The position numbers and the translations under genes are program-made. A stretch of DNA of 64,000 bases, taken from contig CM022671.1 of NCBI GenBank assembly GCA_012295275.1, positions 25,606,001-25,670,000 on the forward strand, read 5' to 3'. Numbering within the stretch: the first letter of the stretch is position 1; each line of letters opens with the position of its first letter. The notes below the pieces were generated by a model that saw only the letters and a list, made by a program, of their open reading frames with translations, was not told where the DNA came from and ran no database searches. This stretch comes from Chrysomallon squamiferum (taxonomy: Eukaryota > Animalia > Mollusca). Positions 13,719 through 27,800 of this stretch are shown in pieces.

Positions 13719-16700
13719 AAATAAGACAAAAATAAAAACTTTCATCAGACTGACTGACTGACTGACATGTAGCCAGCTAAAAAAAAAAAACACCCTGGAA
13801 TCAAGTGAGCCGCCTCTCACCCAGACACAACAAGATCACCAAGTCAGTGTGTTGCTGCTTGACCCGACCCCACCAGTGCATCCAAACCTTTGTGCTTAAA
13901 TGCTAGTTTAGACTGAAAGCCATTAAAGTGAGTTGGCATGCATAGGAGACAGACAGACTGAATATGTTACACATGGTGATCGCGAGGTTGTGCTTAAACG
14001 AAAGAAAAGAATCACGTGTCTCTTTGTCGAGCAGCCCGGATTAGCGAAATGGTTACAATGCCTAAATATGTTTTAGTGATAACTGTGAGAGTTAATTGTT
14101 TTAATGTAGGTACAATCTGAGAGCATTTATCAATTAGTTTTTGTGCCAGAAGAAAGATTAAACTGTATTGTTAATATCTTGATTTTTTTTTTTTTTTTTT
14201 TTTTTTGGTTGTGGACTTACCTTTTTTTTCTTTTTTTTCAAAATATGATTGAAATATTATTATTATTTTTTCATAATTTTTCCTTTCCTGCTGTGGTCAG
14301 ATGGAAAGTTAAATGATGAATTCTTCTTTTTTTATTTTTTATTATTTTTTTTTTTTGTTAGAGTAAATTTGTCTGTATATGTCAAAAGTATAATACAATA
14401 AATAGCATATAATTAACTGATATATCACTGATGATTCATATTTTTATGGGAAATGTTTTATAATGTGACAAATTGTTACTCTTTCCGTAATTACACTCAT
14501 TTTCTGTTAATTGGAATTACAGATTTAAGAGGTTTTAAACACAGATTTATATGTAGATAAGATAGATATACAGAAGTGTAGATGTGTGAATTGTGTGTTA
14601 GGTAAGACAAACTAAGATGTTTGAAAAAAAAAATTGTAAATTTAATTTTAAAAAAGATAATAAGCTGATTTATAGGGTAGGAGATGAGATGTTTTCATTT
14701 TCTATTTACAGTGAAATTAAAGGTGAACAAAGGGTTAAATAAAATCATCCTTTATCAACAGTTCTTTTTTTATTCAACAAAATATAGCCAGATAGTCAAA
14801 GGTTGATGTTTTTTTTCCTTTCTTTCTCACTCACTGTGCACACTGGTTCTTGTTTAATGAAATATTTTGTAACCCAAACGTCATGGAATTTAATTTTGGA
14901 AACCATAGTATGATTAATTTTAATAAATTAGGATTTGCGGGAAAAAAAGAGCACTGCTGAAATATATATATCGTTTTATTTGTTTTGAAATAGAAATGAG
15001 ACTGAAACATTTCCATTAGAATTTTTAAAAATTCTTGATTTCAGTTCAGTGTATTCAGTTTTATTGAATTCAGTTAAAAATTCTTGATTACAGTTTTTAT
15101 GGTTCAGTGTATTCAGTTTTATTGAAGTCAGTGACAACATGCATTTATTACATAAATAAAGAATACTTGTTGTTAGTGAAATTTCTTTATTTGTTTTGTG
15201 TCTGATGTTTAACAAAATTGACATTTTAATTTGGCTTTATTCATTTTTAGAAATAGAAAAATTAAAATCTTTTATACTTTTGCTGGAGATTTATCAATAA
15301 AATTTTTAGTTTCTTTTTAAATAGAAATATTTTTTGTCGGAGGTTTTTGTTGACTTTGCAAGAAACATAGAATTCTTATTATATCATAACAGTTTATGAA
15401 TTAATTTAAAAAGCTTTAGCAAAATATTTTACAAAGTACAGTAATATTGTCTGTTAATATAGGCAGTGATTTCTCATCTTATCAATGATTAAATTTTACT
15501 GTAATTGGGAAAAAATTATTTATTCTGCATAATTATACATTTGCTAAAAGATTTATGATATTAGCAGAAACTAAATTATACATATACCTGCTGTTATTTT
15601 CATTAAAACTGTGATTTTTTTCAAAAGTATTTTTTTTTTTTACTTCATTATTGCCAACTGGCATTCTACTGTCAGTTTGATAATTTTTTTCTCTCTTTTT
15701 TTTTTTTTCATGCAGTTATTATTAAACATTTACCTCAGTTTGAAATGACTAGTAGCTTGTATGGAACTTGTTAGGACTGTGTGTGCTGAGAATTAAAGTT
15801 ACCTCTGTTTGTTATTGCTAGCTGCTCACTGACAATGATAAAATATCCGTTCTCAGGTTATTAGTTTTAAAGTGCTGTTACCCAATAGGAGAACCCAGCA
15901 AGTCATATTTTACGAAAAAAATGGCAGTTTTTTTTTTTTCTGCTTCTGTTTTCTCTAAAATATTACAGCACCTCTCACCTGTAAAATACCACTGAAAAAT
16001 TTAATTTATTTTGTTATTATTATTAATTTGGGTTTTTTAGTTTTGTGTTTTTTTTTTTTTATATGAACTAATACAGCTACAGCATACAGCTTCAGAAAGA
16101 GCCTCTCAAAAATCATTTTTATTTTTCTTGTATTGTGAATTATATTTAAGTAATTATTTTAGCTCATTAACAATATGTAAATTCGTTACAAATTCTTAAT
16201 TCAATCCTGAGTACAAACTGACAAAACTTTACCAAGACAGTATGGTTAAATAACATTCTCTTTTATTTATTATTGATTTTTGTTACTGATGTTGAAAATA
16301 AAATAAAAAATAAAAAAAAAAAAAACTATTTTGACATTATTTTGGAAAATGTGGCTAATAAGTACTGTGGTGAAGGTATTTCAGTCTTTTATCATGTTTT
16401 TATTATTATTATTGGTTAATTGATTGATTGACCGATTTATTGAGTTGTTGTTGTTTTTTTGGGGGGGTTTTATGACTTGCTTGGTTGTTCCCCACTTGTT
16501 TTGAAATAGGTGATAAATATATTTACCTCACATTGTATTGATTGTTGGACACTCTTGGATGTAATGAAACAAAGATACAATTGATTATAGTTAAATTTTA
16601 TTGTAATTACAAAATTCACATTTTGCATTAGATAGCCAGAATTGTAACTGGGAGTAACAAAGGAACAAAATATATAAAATAAAATAATGTTATAATAATA

Positions 16701-18066
16701 ATAATAATAATAAAACAAAAATTTAAAATAAAAAAGAAGATAGAGGTATAAATATTTGATTGAAAACATAATTTAGAAATAATTTAAGCTTTCATATACT
16801 TGATAATGAGTACAGTTCGTTAAATTAGATGGTGTGTTAAATTTTTGCATTTAAAAAAAAAAGAAAAACTTCAAAAAATTAATGACAAATATCAAATATA
16901 ATTATGATCACAAAAAAAAAAAATATATATATTAGTATAATTATTATTTTTTTTAAATCTTTGTTAAACTTTTCTTGTACAGAGTGTGTGCCTCCTTTTG
17001 CATATTGCGCCTTTTAACACATCAGTTTAATTTTGCCTTAAAGTTAATTATTTCTTACTTGAATTTTTAAAAAAAATACCTCAGATTTGAATGTTTCAGT
17101 CACAAATGATATTGATTGGAGGGTTTTCGGGGGGGTCCCATTATCTTCTGCTCAAGAGTTTGGAGGATTGGGTAGGGTTAAGCAGACAGGGTTTGTTGAG
17201 AATTTACTTTTTCTTTTTTCTTTTCTTCTTTTTATTAATTTTTAATTTTTAATTATTATTTTTTTTTGTTTTAATTCAATTATATATATATATATATATT
17301 ATATTATTTTTTTTTTTACTTTTGTAGATACATTTTGCTGTTTTGTCCATTGCAAATAGTTTAACTGTTATGCATATCACTCAGTCTGCTAGGAACATGC
17401 TTACAACTCATTTACTGACTTTTACCTCACAAAAAATTAAATATTCTAACACATCATTGCCTAAATAACAGTGATAAAAATTCCTAATCTCTGTTTAATA
17501 TATACACACTATTTTTATTTGCAGAGCACGTGTATTTGGAAGATTGTTAAAATTTTTAATTTGTGTTTTATTACTTTTTTTTTCTGAGATTTTTTTTTTT
17601 TTTTTTTTTTTTTTTAATCAGTTTCTTTTTCTCTCTCTCTCTCTTTTTTTTTTTTTTTCATGAAAATATAAATTTATTCTTAATGCTTGTTACTCACTAA
17701 CCCTATATTTGTAACAGTTAAACTAGTGATCACTAATAAAACTGACTGCCTGTTGTTTGGAAATATATTTTCAGTGAAATTCATATCAAATCATTATTTG
17801 TTAAATATGTGATTCGATGTACATGGATAAATTTGTATATAAATGTTGTTTGAATTTTTTAAAATAATTGTTTACTGCAGTTGAATTATTCAGCAACTTG
17901 TACATATTTAAATGCCTTCCACAAATCCTGTAGTTATTTTTTAATTGGTTTTAATAACCTCTTTGTAAGTGTTTCATATTTTACTGCATGAAGAGTAGTT
18001 GGTCAGGTTGTATATTTTTAATGCGGTGTTTGTGAATACATAACTGTTAATTTTGTGTGTGCCATT

Positions 18067-18113
<47 letters not shown>

Positions 18114-20925
18114 TATACTAAGTTCTGGTAAGCTTGTTCAGTAAGCCAATAGAAATATCTTATAATTTATCAATATTTTTAGCATAAATTAGAGATTGGG
18201 TTTTTTTTCTAAAAAACATTTCACATTAAAACCTTCCTCTCTATAGTTTTAAATCTGTTATTGAATATATGCAAAGCTTATATTAAAATTTTAACTTTTG
18301 AGATAAATACATCTGCAGTTTATTATATTATACATTATAAATTAGCTTACATCCACTAAGAATGAAGTTACTTATTTGTATATTCAGATTGGACTAAAAA
18401 CCACCTTTTAATGGATAATATATTTATATTTATAATAATGTTCCACTCCTTCTGAACATTTTGCGTGCTGTTCTTATTGATTATTATTAATAATATTATT
18501 ATAACCTTGGGATTATATGTATTACTAGTTATGCACTTGTATTTCTAATGAATTATATTAGATTTAAAAACATATTTATCACATGTTACTTTATTTATAC
18601 TTTTTCCAAAAACACAACTGTAAGGCTTATGCATTAAAATCTGATATTGCAGGACATACAATTTCAATTTTAAAATATTAAATATTTTTTCACAACATTT
18701 AAAAAAAAAAAAAAAAAGTATATATATATATGTTTTTAATCTCTGTCCATGCATCAGTTAACTGATTTTGTAATCTGTCTCATTTCAGTCACAATACAGC
18801 TCAAATTTACAGATATTTATTTAAGTGTAAGTCTTCATATAATTACATTGTTTACTGATATATTACTATTATTATTATTATACATGTTTTTTAAACTAAA
18901 ATGTTTTTAGACTCCACCCACCACAAGAAATATAAAACTAACAAAATAAATCCACATATACTTGATTGATTTGATGGTTGTTGGTTAAATGTTATGTTTG
19001 CATCAAATGAACTGCTTGTTTAGACTGGTTTTATTGTTTTTAATTTGCCACTGTAGGAAGGTTCTTCTGGAATGTTCATTTTCATGTCGGCTTATAAAAT
19101 ATTATACTGTTGTAAATAATTTAATAACGGGATATTTTCACCTGTTTTCAAGGCAATGCCACACAGTGTTTTTTTTTATTATTATAATTTTTTTACGATA
19201 TTTAACATATTCATTTATTCCAACAGTGCTTAAACATTAAAAAGTCAAAGTATGTAATCAAAGAAATTTTACATCCTTTACTTTTTTCAAAAAATTTAAA
19301 ACTATAATAACGAAATTGGACATTTATTTATATATATTTTCATTATCTTTCAGTTCGAAGCATTCAAAAGCCAACATAATTATAATCATTGAAATGTAGC
19401 TTTCAAAATTGGTAAATCATATTTTAAAACATTAAAAAGGCAGGGGCTGAATCTGTTTTGATCTCAACTTATATTGCAGTGAATTCTGTTAGTTGTGCAG
19501 TTAATGTAAATTTTGAATTTTTTTGTCTAATAATTTTCAGTTAAAATGTTAGTTATAAATAGTATCATTTCATATTTCTGACTGCAGGCAGCTTTTATGT
19601 TTATGTGTCATTTTAAAGTTTTGCAAATTTTACCTGAAATCTGTTTTATTCATTTTATTGGTTATTGAAGGAATGTTTTGGATTGTTTGGGAGTGGGTTA
19701 ATGAAAAATTACTAAAAGATTGTCATGGATTATTTCCCCAACAATTAAGTAGCCGTTTTTTTAATATCATGTTAATATTATTATTAACCTTATTAATACA
19801 TTTTGTGTGAATTTACAGAAGTAATTTACAAAAACATTTCATATCACGTCATTGTTATTCGTCTCTGATTAACATATTTTGGTACTTTTTTATATTAGAT
19901 ATAATTCCTATTTGTTTCTTGAAATTTGTTTACTTTATTTATTTCTCATATTAAATAAATATAAATTAACTTAATTTTAAAATAAAATAGGTAGCACTTG
20001 GTAATTTCAATTAGATATCTTCTTTTGCAGAATAAAATTAACTTTTTCTACAAAAAACAGTCCAGATCATTTGAATGCATTAATAAATATTGTTGTCAGG
20101 TGTTTTTGTTACTTCTCAGATATTTATTTTGAAAAGCACATACCAAGATAGAGATTGCTTTAAGAATAACTGTAGATGTTTGAAGTGAAAGTTCACTGGT
20201 TATCATAATCGATAAAAAAAAATAACAATGAATTACTGCCCTTCTGTATATTTTGGGAGATTGTGTTTTGTATATTGGAGTTTCTGAAATATTTTGCATG
20301 AGATTAAATATTTAAATATTTATTACAAACAATTAAAAACCCCACAGTTCATGTTTGAAAGAAAAAAATATTTCATTATATTTATAATACTTAAATTTTT
20401 AGAATGTTAATTTTGTGTTTATTATTATTATTAGAATGGTTGTGGTTGGAAATGGGTTTTCCATTTTTATTTATTTATTTTTATTAATTTATTATTTTTA
20501 TTATTATTTTTTATTATTATCAATTTTATTTTAATTTTAATTTTTATTTTATTTTTTTGGAATTTTGAAAGGTTGGATTTTTTTCCTCTTAGTTGATGAA
20601 TATTTTTGTTGTAAAGTGTTATTTCAGTGCGCAATTGGCATTTCACATTTTTAAGGAAAAAAATTAATTTGCAAAGAAAGACTTTTAAAATTTTTATTTT
20701 CTATGCTAAGTGCAAAATTATATATAGAGTGTTCATTGTTTAGTAAGCTGGATTTGAGTTGCACCTCTAGATATGATTTCAATCATATTTTTCAGGTGTG
20801 TATTTTTGACATGTAAAATTGTATATATTTCATCCACAGGTTTGAATTAAGTATTTTTCAGTGAACATTTTGATGTAAAATTTTATATGTGCTTGTCTAT
20901 TAAAGTTATGGAGTGTGTTTGTCTT
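13719..20925 (+). other. Probable long 3'UTR of SMG6
   Basis: No credible ORF or exon; T-rich + strand with many poly-T runs; ATTAAA at 20899-20904 followed by GT-rich sequence. Earlier AATAAA sites (~15297, ~17736, ~20030) are alternative ends. End point is inferred. Confidence 0.4.
15027..15132 (+). repeat. Direct tandem duplication, ~50-57 bp x2
   Basis: AAAAATTCTTGATT...GTTCAGTGTATTCAGTTTTATTGAA occurs twice. Confidence 0.7.
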
Positions 20926-21667
20926 ATTTCTTTATTTTTCAATAATTTCAGTAAAAGTTTAGAATCTATAGGATGGATTTTATTTCCAGAACTGCATATT
21001 TTATATATATCCATACATATATATATATATATGTATGTAAATTTATAAACATAGATGTCTATGTACACATACAAGCATTACAAATATATAATTTTAAATG
21101 TGGGGGAAAAATTAATATATATTTTTTGTATTTAGTGACAACATATTTTTCTAAAGACGAATACAAATTTGTTACACAACAAACCAATTCATTTTGTTGG
21201 CTAATACAAAAGCTCTTCCAGAAAATGGCAGACATACCATGTACATAAGAAACATCCATACTGATTGGCTGAGAGCATATGTGAATCAAAAGTTCCAGAG
21301 AGGTAAATTATTAAAACAAGGAGAAAAACTATGTAATTGAAATAATTATACGCTTTCAGACTGATGTCCAAATATTTGTGGATAATACTCACTTGATTAT
21401 TTACATATTCTCAGAGAGTCTGGTTGAATTTAGGTTCAAAATTGGTGAATACAGCCAATGTAGGTTTGTAATGAGATGGAGGACATTTCAGATAGGTATG
21501 TTTGTGCCATTTTGATTTTTGTCGTACAAATATTGGCTTTCCACCAAATTGATTTACTAACATGTAAATGGATTTTGTTTTCTGTATAATATTCTGCACT
21601 CACAAATATATATAGTTATATTTTTTTATTATTATTATTATTTTTTTAGTTTTTTTATTTATTTATT

Positions 21668-21674
<7 letters not shown>

Positions 21675-21754
<80 letters not shown>
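21675..21754 (+). repeat. (TTA)n microsatellite
   Basis: Long perfect TTA run. Confidence 0.95.
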
Positions 21755-22180
21755 GGATTTAGTAAAATCAAGAACATTTTGCCTTTTTTTCATCATATAG
21801 ATCAAGAAGTTCAAATGAACGCAAATCCATTTATAAAAACTTTACATTTGATATAATGATTAAAATATTAAATGATTAAATGAAATATAAGAATAAATTT
21901 TAAATAAATAAATAAATAAATAACAAAAGAGCAACAAAAAAAACAACTTAACATCCAGTTATTACCAGATGTTCTACGGTTCATGACTCATTTAAATGTT
22001 AAAAAGAAAATCATTCAGATTGAAAAATGGATTAATTCACGTAAATTCAGAGCATTATTGTTCAACACCACAGAAAATCTATAACTGTTTGCAACAGCAG
22101 CTAGCAATGTCTGCATGAACAATGTTTTCAGTGAGCAGCCACAATACTTGTCAGACACAGTTCTCTACTTCTGATCTGTT

Positions 22181-23826
22181 ATGGGTTTCAAAACTTATCT
22201 TTTCCTGTTTGGATTGTCATTGGTGATGGGCATTATGTGGATACCAAAACACGAACTTGGCTTTGTGTATAAACGTGGAAATTCAGAAGCACAAATCAAA
22301 ATTGATATCTTTGTGGATTTACTGTGTCCAGAAAGCAAAGAGGCATTTCACACAATGCTAAAGGTTGTGGAAGGTTACAAGAACAATCAGATACAGCTGA
22401 AGACCTACATGACACCTTTACCTTATCATACGTTCGCTTTTATAGCAAGCAAGGTAACAAATTAATAAAAATATACAAAGAGGAGGCCATTGGTATTGAT
22501 AACCAGAAATAAATATGGTTTTATTATGATGCATGAAACGGTATTTTATTACTTCATTGTAAAAAAATAATTAAAAAAAATTAAAAGAAAAAGATCAATA
22601 AATAATTGAAAATTTTATATTTTTGACAGTTATTAAAAGAGCTTCAAACTGAAAATGAAAAATGTAACAAAATAATATAACTGTAATAAAAAGAAAAAGT
22701 GTAATGAGAACAATTAGTTGTTATCAGTTAAATGTAGCATTCTGTTGTCATTATGAATTAACTTTAAATTTATACATAATTATTCAGTTTTAATGATAAA
22801 TCATTGTGTTTTATTTTACAGACAGTGTATGCTGTGTCCAAATTGACCGATGATATTGAAACCTATAACTGGATGAGTACTGTCTTTGAACATATGTCCC
22901 TTTTCAGTGGACATGATGCCAAGTCCAAAACAGAGTACGACATTATCAAGTAAGAATAACAAATATTTAAAATAATAATAATAATAAACATTAAAAATGT
23001 ATAAAGTTACAGGTAAAAAAGGATAAACAGACATTTCTGCAAAAATTATAAACAAACTATTTTCAAAAACACTTCTTTTTAAATTTCGTGAAATTTTGGT
23101 GGTTTTTTTTTTTGTTTGTTTGTTGTTTTTTTTAGTTAAAATTCAGAATGGTAGAATAGTGTTTAATTTTAAATAATAACAATAACCACAATATTAAAAT
23201 GATAAATTTTATTTACCATATTTTAAAAAACAATTTATTTATGTACACAATGGCATTTTCTGACGTTTCTGCACAATGGATTGTATTTTCAGACATTTTG
23301 ACGATTTGTTAGAGACCCATAAGATGGACAAAAATGATTTTACAAGGATGATATTTTCAGATGCTCAAACAGCTGAAAATACAGTTCTAGCCTCCAAATA
23401 TTCAACATCACGTGAGTTCCGTTGTAACTGGTAATAATGTAAAAATATTCAGCTAAAAGTATAATGTAAGAAACCAATTTTATTTCACAAAAGAGTAAAT
23501 ATGCATACTCTTTTTTGTTGCAGAAAGTGCTTTAAAAAATAATAAAGAAAACAAAAAAACTATCAATTTAGTTAAATAAATAAATGAATAAATATGAACA
23601 GCCTGAATATTTGATTCCATAAAAAATAAAATAATATTTAACATGATTATTATTAGGCTGAATATTAGTATTTAATTCCATTAAAAATTAACAAATATTT
23701 AATATTTAATTTGCAGGTGGAATTCACTCAGTTCCATGGTTTATGATAAATGATGTCACAATTGATGCTGCCAAATGGTCAGTCAAGGACTGGAAAAATC
23801 AGTTGGATAAACTGCTGGCTCAGTAA
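22181..23826 (+). CDS. Secreted DsbA-like thioredoxin-fold protein (Thioredoxin_4-like), CxxS active site, 209 aa
   Basis: Exons 22181-22453, 22822-22949, 23293-23411, 23717-23826 total 630 nt, in frame, ending TAA. Hydrophobic N-terminus MGFKTYLFLFGLSLVMG resembles a signal peptide. Motifs IDIFVDLLCPESK, PLPYH, cis-Pro loop KYSTSRGIHSVPWFMIND and C-terminal WSVKDWKNQLDKLL. Confidence 0.88.
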
Positions 23827-24812
23827 ATGATGTAGCTTTAATGTTACTTTTAAAAGTTTTATTATCAAGTAGGGGCAGAAGCAGGATTCATTTGCATTGA
23901 CGGTGGCATGACGTTCTTGACTTTCAGAAGAGGATCAAATTAAATTTGTTTTAAGTTTTTTCATTGAATGAAAACAAAAATATTATTTCTTGCATGAAAA
24001 CTATATGCAAAATAAGACAAAAAAAGGAATCAAGAGTTTTTGAATTAATTAAATTAGCACATGCTCAGGTGAAAACTGACATTTAAGTTATAAATGTCTA
24101 CTTTTTTTATTCAATCATGAGAATATATATATATATATTTTTAAATTCTAATAATATTAAAGAAATATTTAAAATGCTGTTGAGAATGAACTACAAATAA
24201 ATAAATATTTTTTTTTTTTAAATGGTTTATTTCCTTATTCAAACAAAGAACAAACCCATAATTAACAGAAAGAAAATTAGTGTATTTAATATTTTATAAA
24301 CCAACTAAGATCTTTCATCTGAACATTCAGCTGTTCGCAAATAAATTTCTTTCTGAATTAAATATTTGGTTTAAATAGTCAAATACTGCTATTATGCTGA
24401 CATAATTAGTTTCTCTTACACAATTAGTGTAAAATTCTGTTTTAATAATTTTACTTCATCCAACTAGTTATAACATTTCTTAACAGTGTCAAATCTAAAA
24501 ATGAATTTATTAAAAAACCAAAAAAAAAAAAAAAACCAAGAATAAATAACAAATCCTGATAAAATGTAATATGACTTTGCAATATAACAAGATGACCAGA
24601 ATCCAAAATAATATGTACAATATTTAAGTTTTTAAAATACTGAAATTCCAAAGTCTTTAAACCACTGTGCATTATGATAAATGTTTAGAAGTTGGTGCTT
24701 GGTGAAAATATGCTGAGTATTATTATTCATGGCAACACTGTACTCAATGTCAAAAAGAGTCACTGATAGTATTTATGAAGAGAGGTAGCAGAAAAGCTAT
24801 TATTCAAGTGGT

Positions 24813-27800
24813 TCAGATAAATTTGAACCCCACTGACTCAAGCACTGAAAAAGCATCTGATTTGCTGTCACATATGACAGTGAGTTGAGTTCCTGTTGGA
24901 CTTTCCTCCAGATGAATGTTGTTCAAAGAAGAGGTAGCATCGGCACTGACTGGATCCATCTGCTGAATAATTATTTCTGTTTCATCAGCACTGTGACTGC
25001 CATACCCTGCACTGTCTTCATGCAGTGTGCTGTACTCTGCAATTCCTGAACTGTCTGCCTGAATGTCTAAGGAATTGGAGGAATCAGCAGAGGCACTGAC
25101 ACCTGCCTGCCAGGACTGTTCAGCTTCTAAATCACCCACAGTCTGCGTCACTTGAGTCTTCTGACTCTTGTCATGGGAATAACCTGACTCTGAGCTTCCA
25201 TCGTACTTCATTGAGCGGGCTATTGCTTCATTTAAGGCTGCTTCAAACTGGACCTGTTTCATGGGTTTTGCTTCTTCTCCAGGTTCTTTCTTAATTAATG
25301 ACATGCCTTCTATAGAAAACACCTCCGTAGACATGTCCAGCGACCTGTCCAGTGACCTGTCCAATGACCTGTCCAGTTCGTCTCCTGTGTTTACCGTGTT
25401 GTAGCTGTATCTAGCTTTTTGCTTGTTGACGAGATCAAGCTTGTGAACACTTCGGAGATGTTTGTCCAAGTTTCCTTTCAACCCACTTCTATGAGGACAC
25501 AAGTGACACACAAATGGCTTCACATCCTGAAAGAAAACAAATAATTATTACATATTTAAAATAGAATATAAATTGTCTTTTTTTTTTATGTTACAGAATT
25601 GAAACTTGATTTTACCATAAAAAAGTAGTCCTAGTTTATTTTTTTATGACAAATGATTACTTTTATTTTTGGCTTTTTTTTAAACATTATAATACCCCAT
25701 TTCATGAACCTCTCCACCCAAACCAATCTATATATCTCATTCAAATGGCTGGAGTTCATCTATAAAATGACAGAAAGAAATTAGTCTTTGTTTACGTACT
25801 TCAGAAGAAATAATTAAAAAAAAAATATATATATATATTTTTCATTTGTATTTTGAAAAACAGAAAGTTTTATAAAGTTATATGAAAAGAATAGTTAATG
25901 TTTCCAAGATTTTCTTTCTGTCATTTTGTAGTGTTTATTTTTAAATATATATATTCCAAATTTGGAAACTCTAGCAAAAATAGTTTTCACACAGCATCTT
26001 TCCTAAAATAATAGGATAGTTCAAAAAAAGATAGGTAATATAAAACACAAACGAAGTTTTATAAACCATATTTCAACTTATGAGGGTAAAATTATGCATC
26101 ATTATTATGTAATCTGTGTATATGCACTTCCAATTGCAATTTTTGCAGGTAAATATAATCTGTATTTTATATAACAATTGGGTAAGAATGAAAAAAACCC
26201 ATTGTTTTTACCTTTTCAGTATGCATAAGTCGAATGTGTTCATCTAGGGACTTCTTCTGAACAGTAGCATATTGACAGTCTCCATAGTTACATTTAAATT
26301 TTTTTTCTGAAAACAGACAGACAGCTGAGAATTAATTAATTAAGTTCAGCTTAAAGATATTTGGAAAACAACAACAACAACAAAATAAAATAATAATAAT
26401 AATAATAATAAAGAAATAAAGGAAAAAATTAGAACCAATAAAGAGATAACTTGAAATCATTTTTATGTTTTATTAGTTTTGAAAAAATTGTAAATTTCAA
26501 TCAATTCCTCACCGACTTGTGGATTTTCCTAACATACTGTAAATAACTGAACAGAACATTTACTTAACCTCCATGCCAAATCATGTGTCTCGCTAGAGAT
26601 GGATGACTCACAAATCCCTTTTTGCAGACCACACATATGTAATCTTTTTCACCTAGAAATATCAGTAACAAAAACATGTACTTGTTATGCATTCATAAAT
26701 ACATGGAAGAAAAATGATAAATTAAAAAAATATATATATCCCTCTTCCCAAAATCCCCAAACATTTTAACAGAAATCACAGTTTTTTTCAAACAATAATT
26801 AGCATTACAACATGTCTGCAAAGTGCCATACTCAATTTGTATTATAAATAAATAAATGATTTACAATTTAATTATGCACACATACATAATTTTTCTTAAA
26901 AATGGACACAATAAAAATGATAGTTTGTGATGAATTATAAACTTCACACAAAACAGTAAAGTACAATAAAATTCAAAGATCTTACAATCTCACCTTTATG
27001 TCTTTTCATATGCTCAGTAAACCTGTACTGCTTAAAAGACTCAAAATTGCACAGTTCACAGGTAAATCTAGAAAACAAGAATAATATACAACTGAATTTA
27101 CTATACAGTTCATGTACAGTTCAACGGACATTTGTTACTTTAGAACTATTTTAAACGATAAAATGTGTCAATAACAGTATATTTTTATAATTAACAAGAA
27201 TTTTGCAAATTATTTTTATTTAAAAAAAAAAAAAAAAACTAAATTAAAATTAAAACAGTTATGTAAGGTTTGGAAATATTTATTACTTTTGAATATTAGG
27301 GTATACATTAGGTTTCAAACAGAACCAAACTTATCTTAAAATAAAATAAAAATTAGGAAACTGGAAAATGTTTTAAAACTCTGTTTCTAAATAATATATA
27401 AAAATTAACTGTTTACTAACAATTTGCATTTTGGTGGCAGTGGTATTCCATGCACTTTGTACAGATGTCTGTCTAGATGCAGTCTGTTTATTGCTCGGTG
27501 ACAACAGAGATGACATAAAAATTTCTTTCTTCCATAATGCTGATGTTCAATGTGATCCTTCAGTATGTAAAATTACAGTTTAATATTTATATAAACCATT
27601 CAAAGTCTGATGATAAATTTTAATTATTAATTTAATGGATACAAAATCAGAGACTGAATAATTTTAAAGACTAATTTAGAAACAAATTTTTAAATTTAAA
27701 ACATACATGAATTATATTAAAGATTTCTTTTATATATATATATATATATATATCACATAAGCAGCATTAAAACATTTTTAAATTAATTAAACAATGTGCA

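Noticed and set aside
17115-17192. G-rich tract as a possible G-quadruplex in the SMG6 3' region
   Set aside because: G-runs are irregular with long loops; not a convincing four-tract motif.
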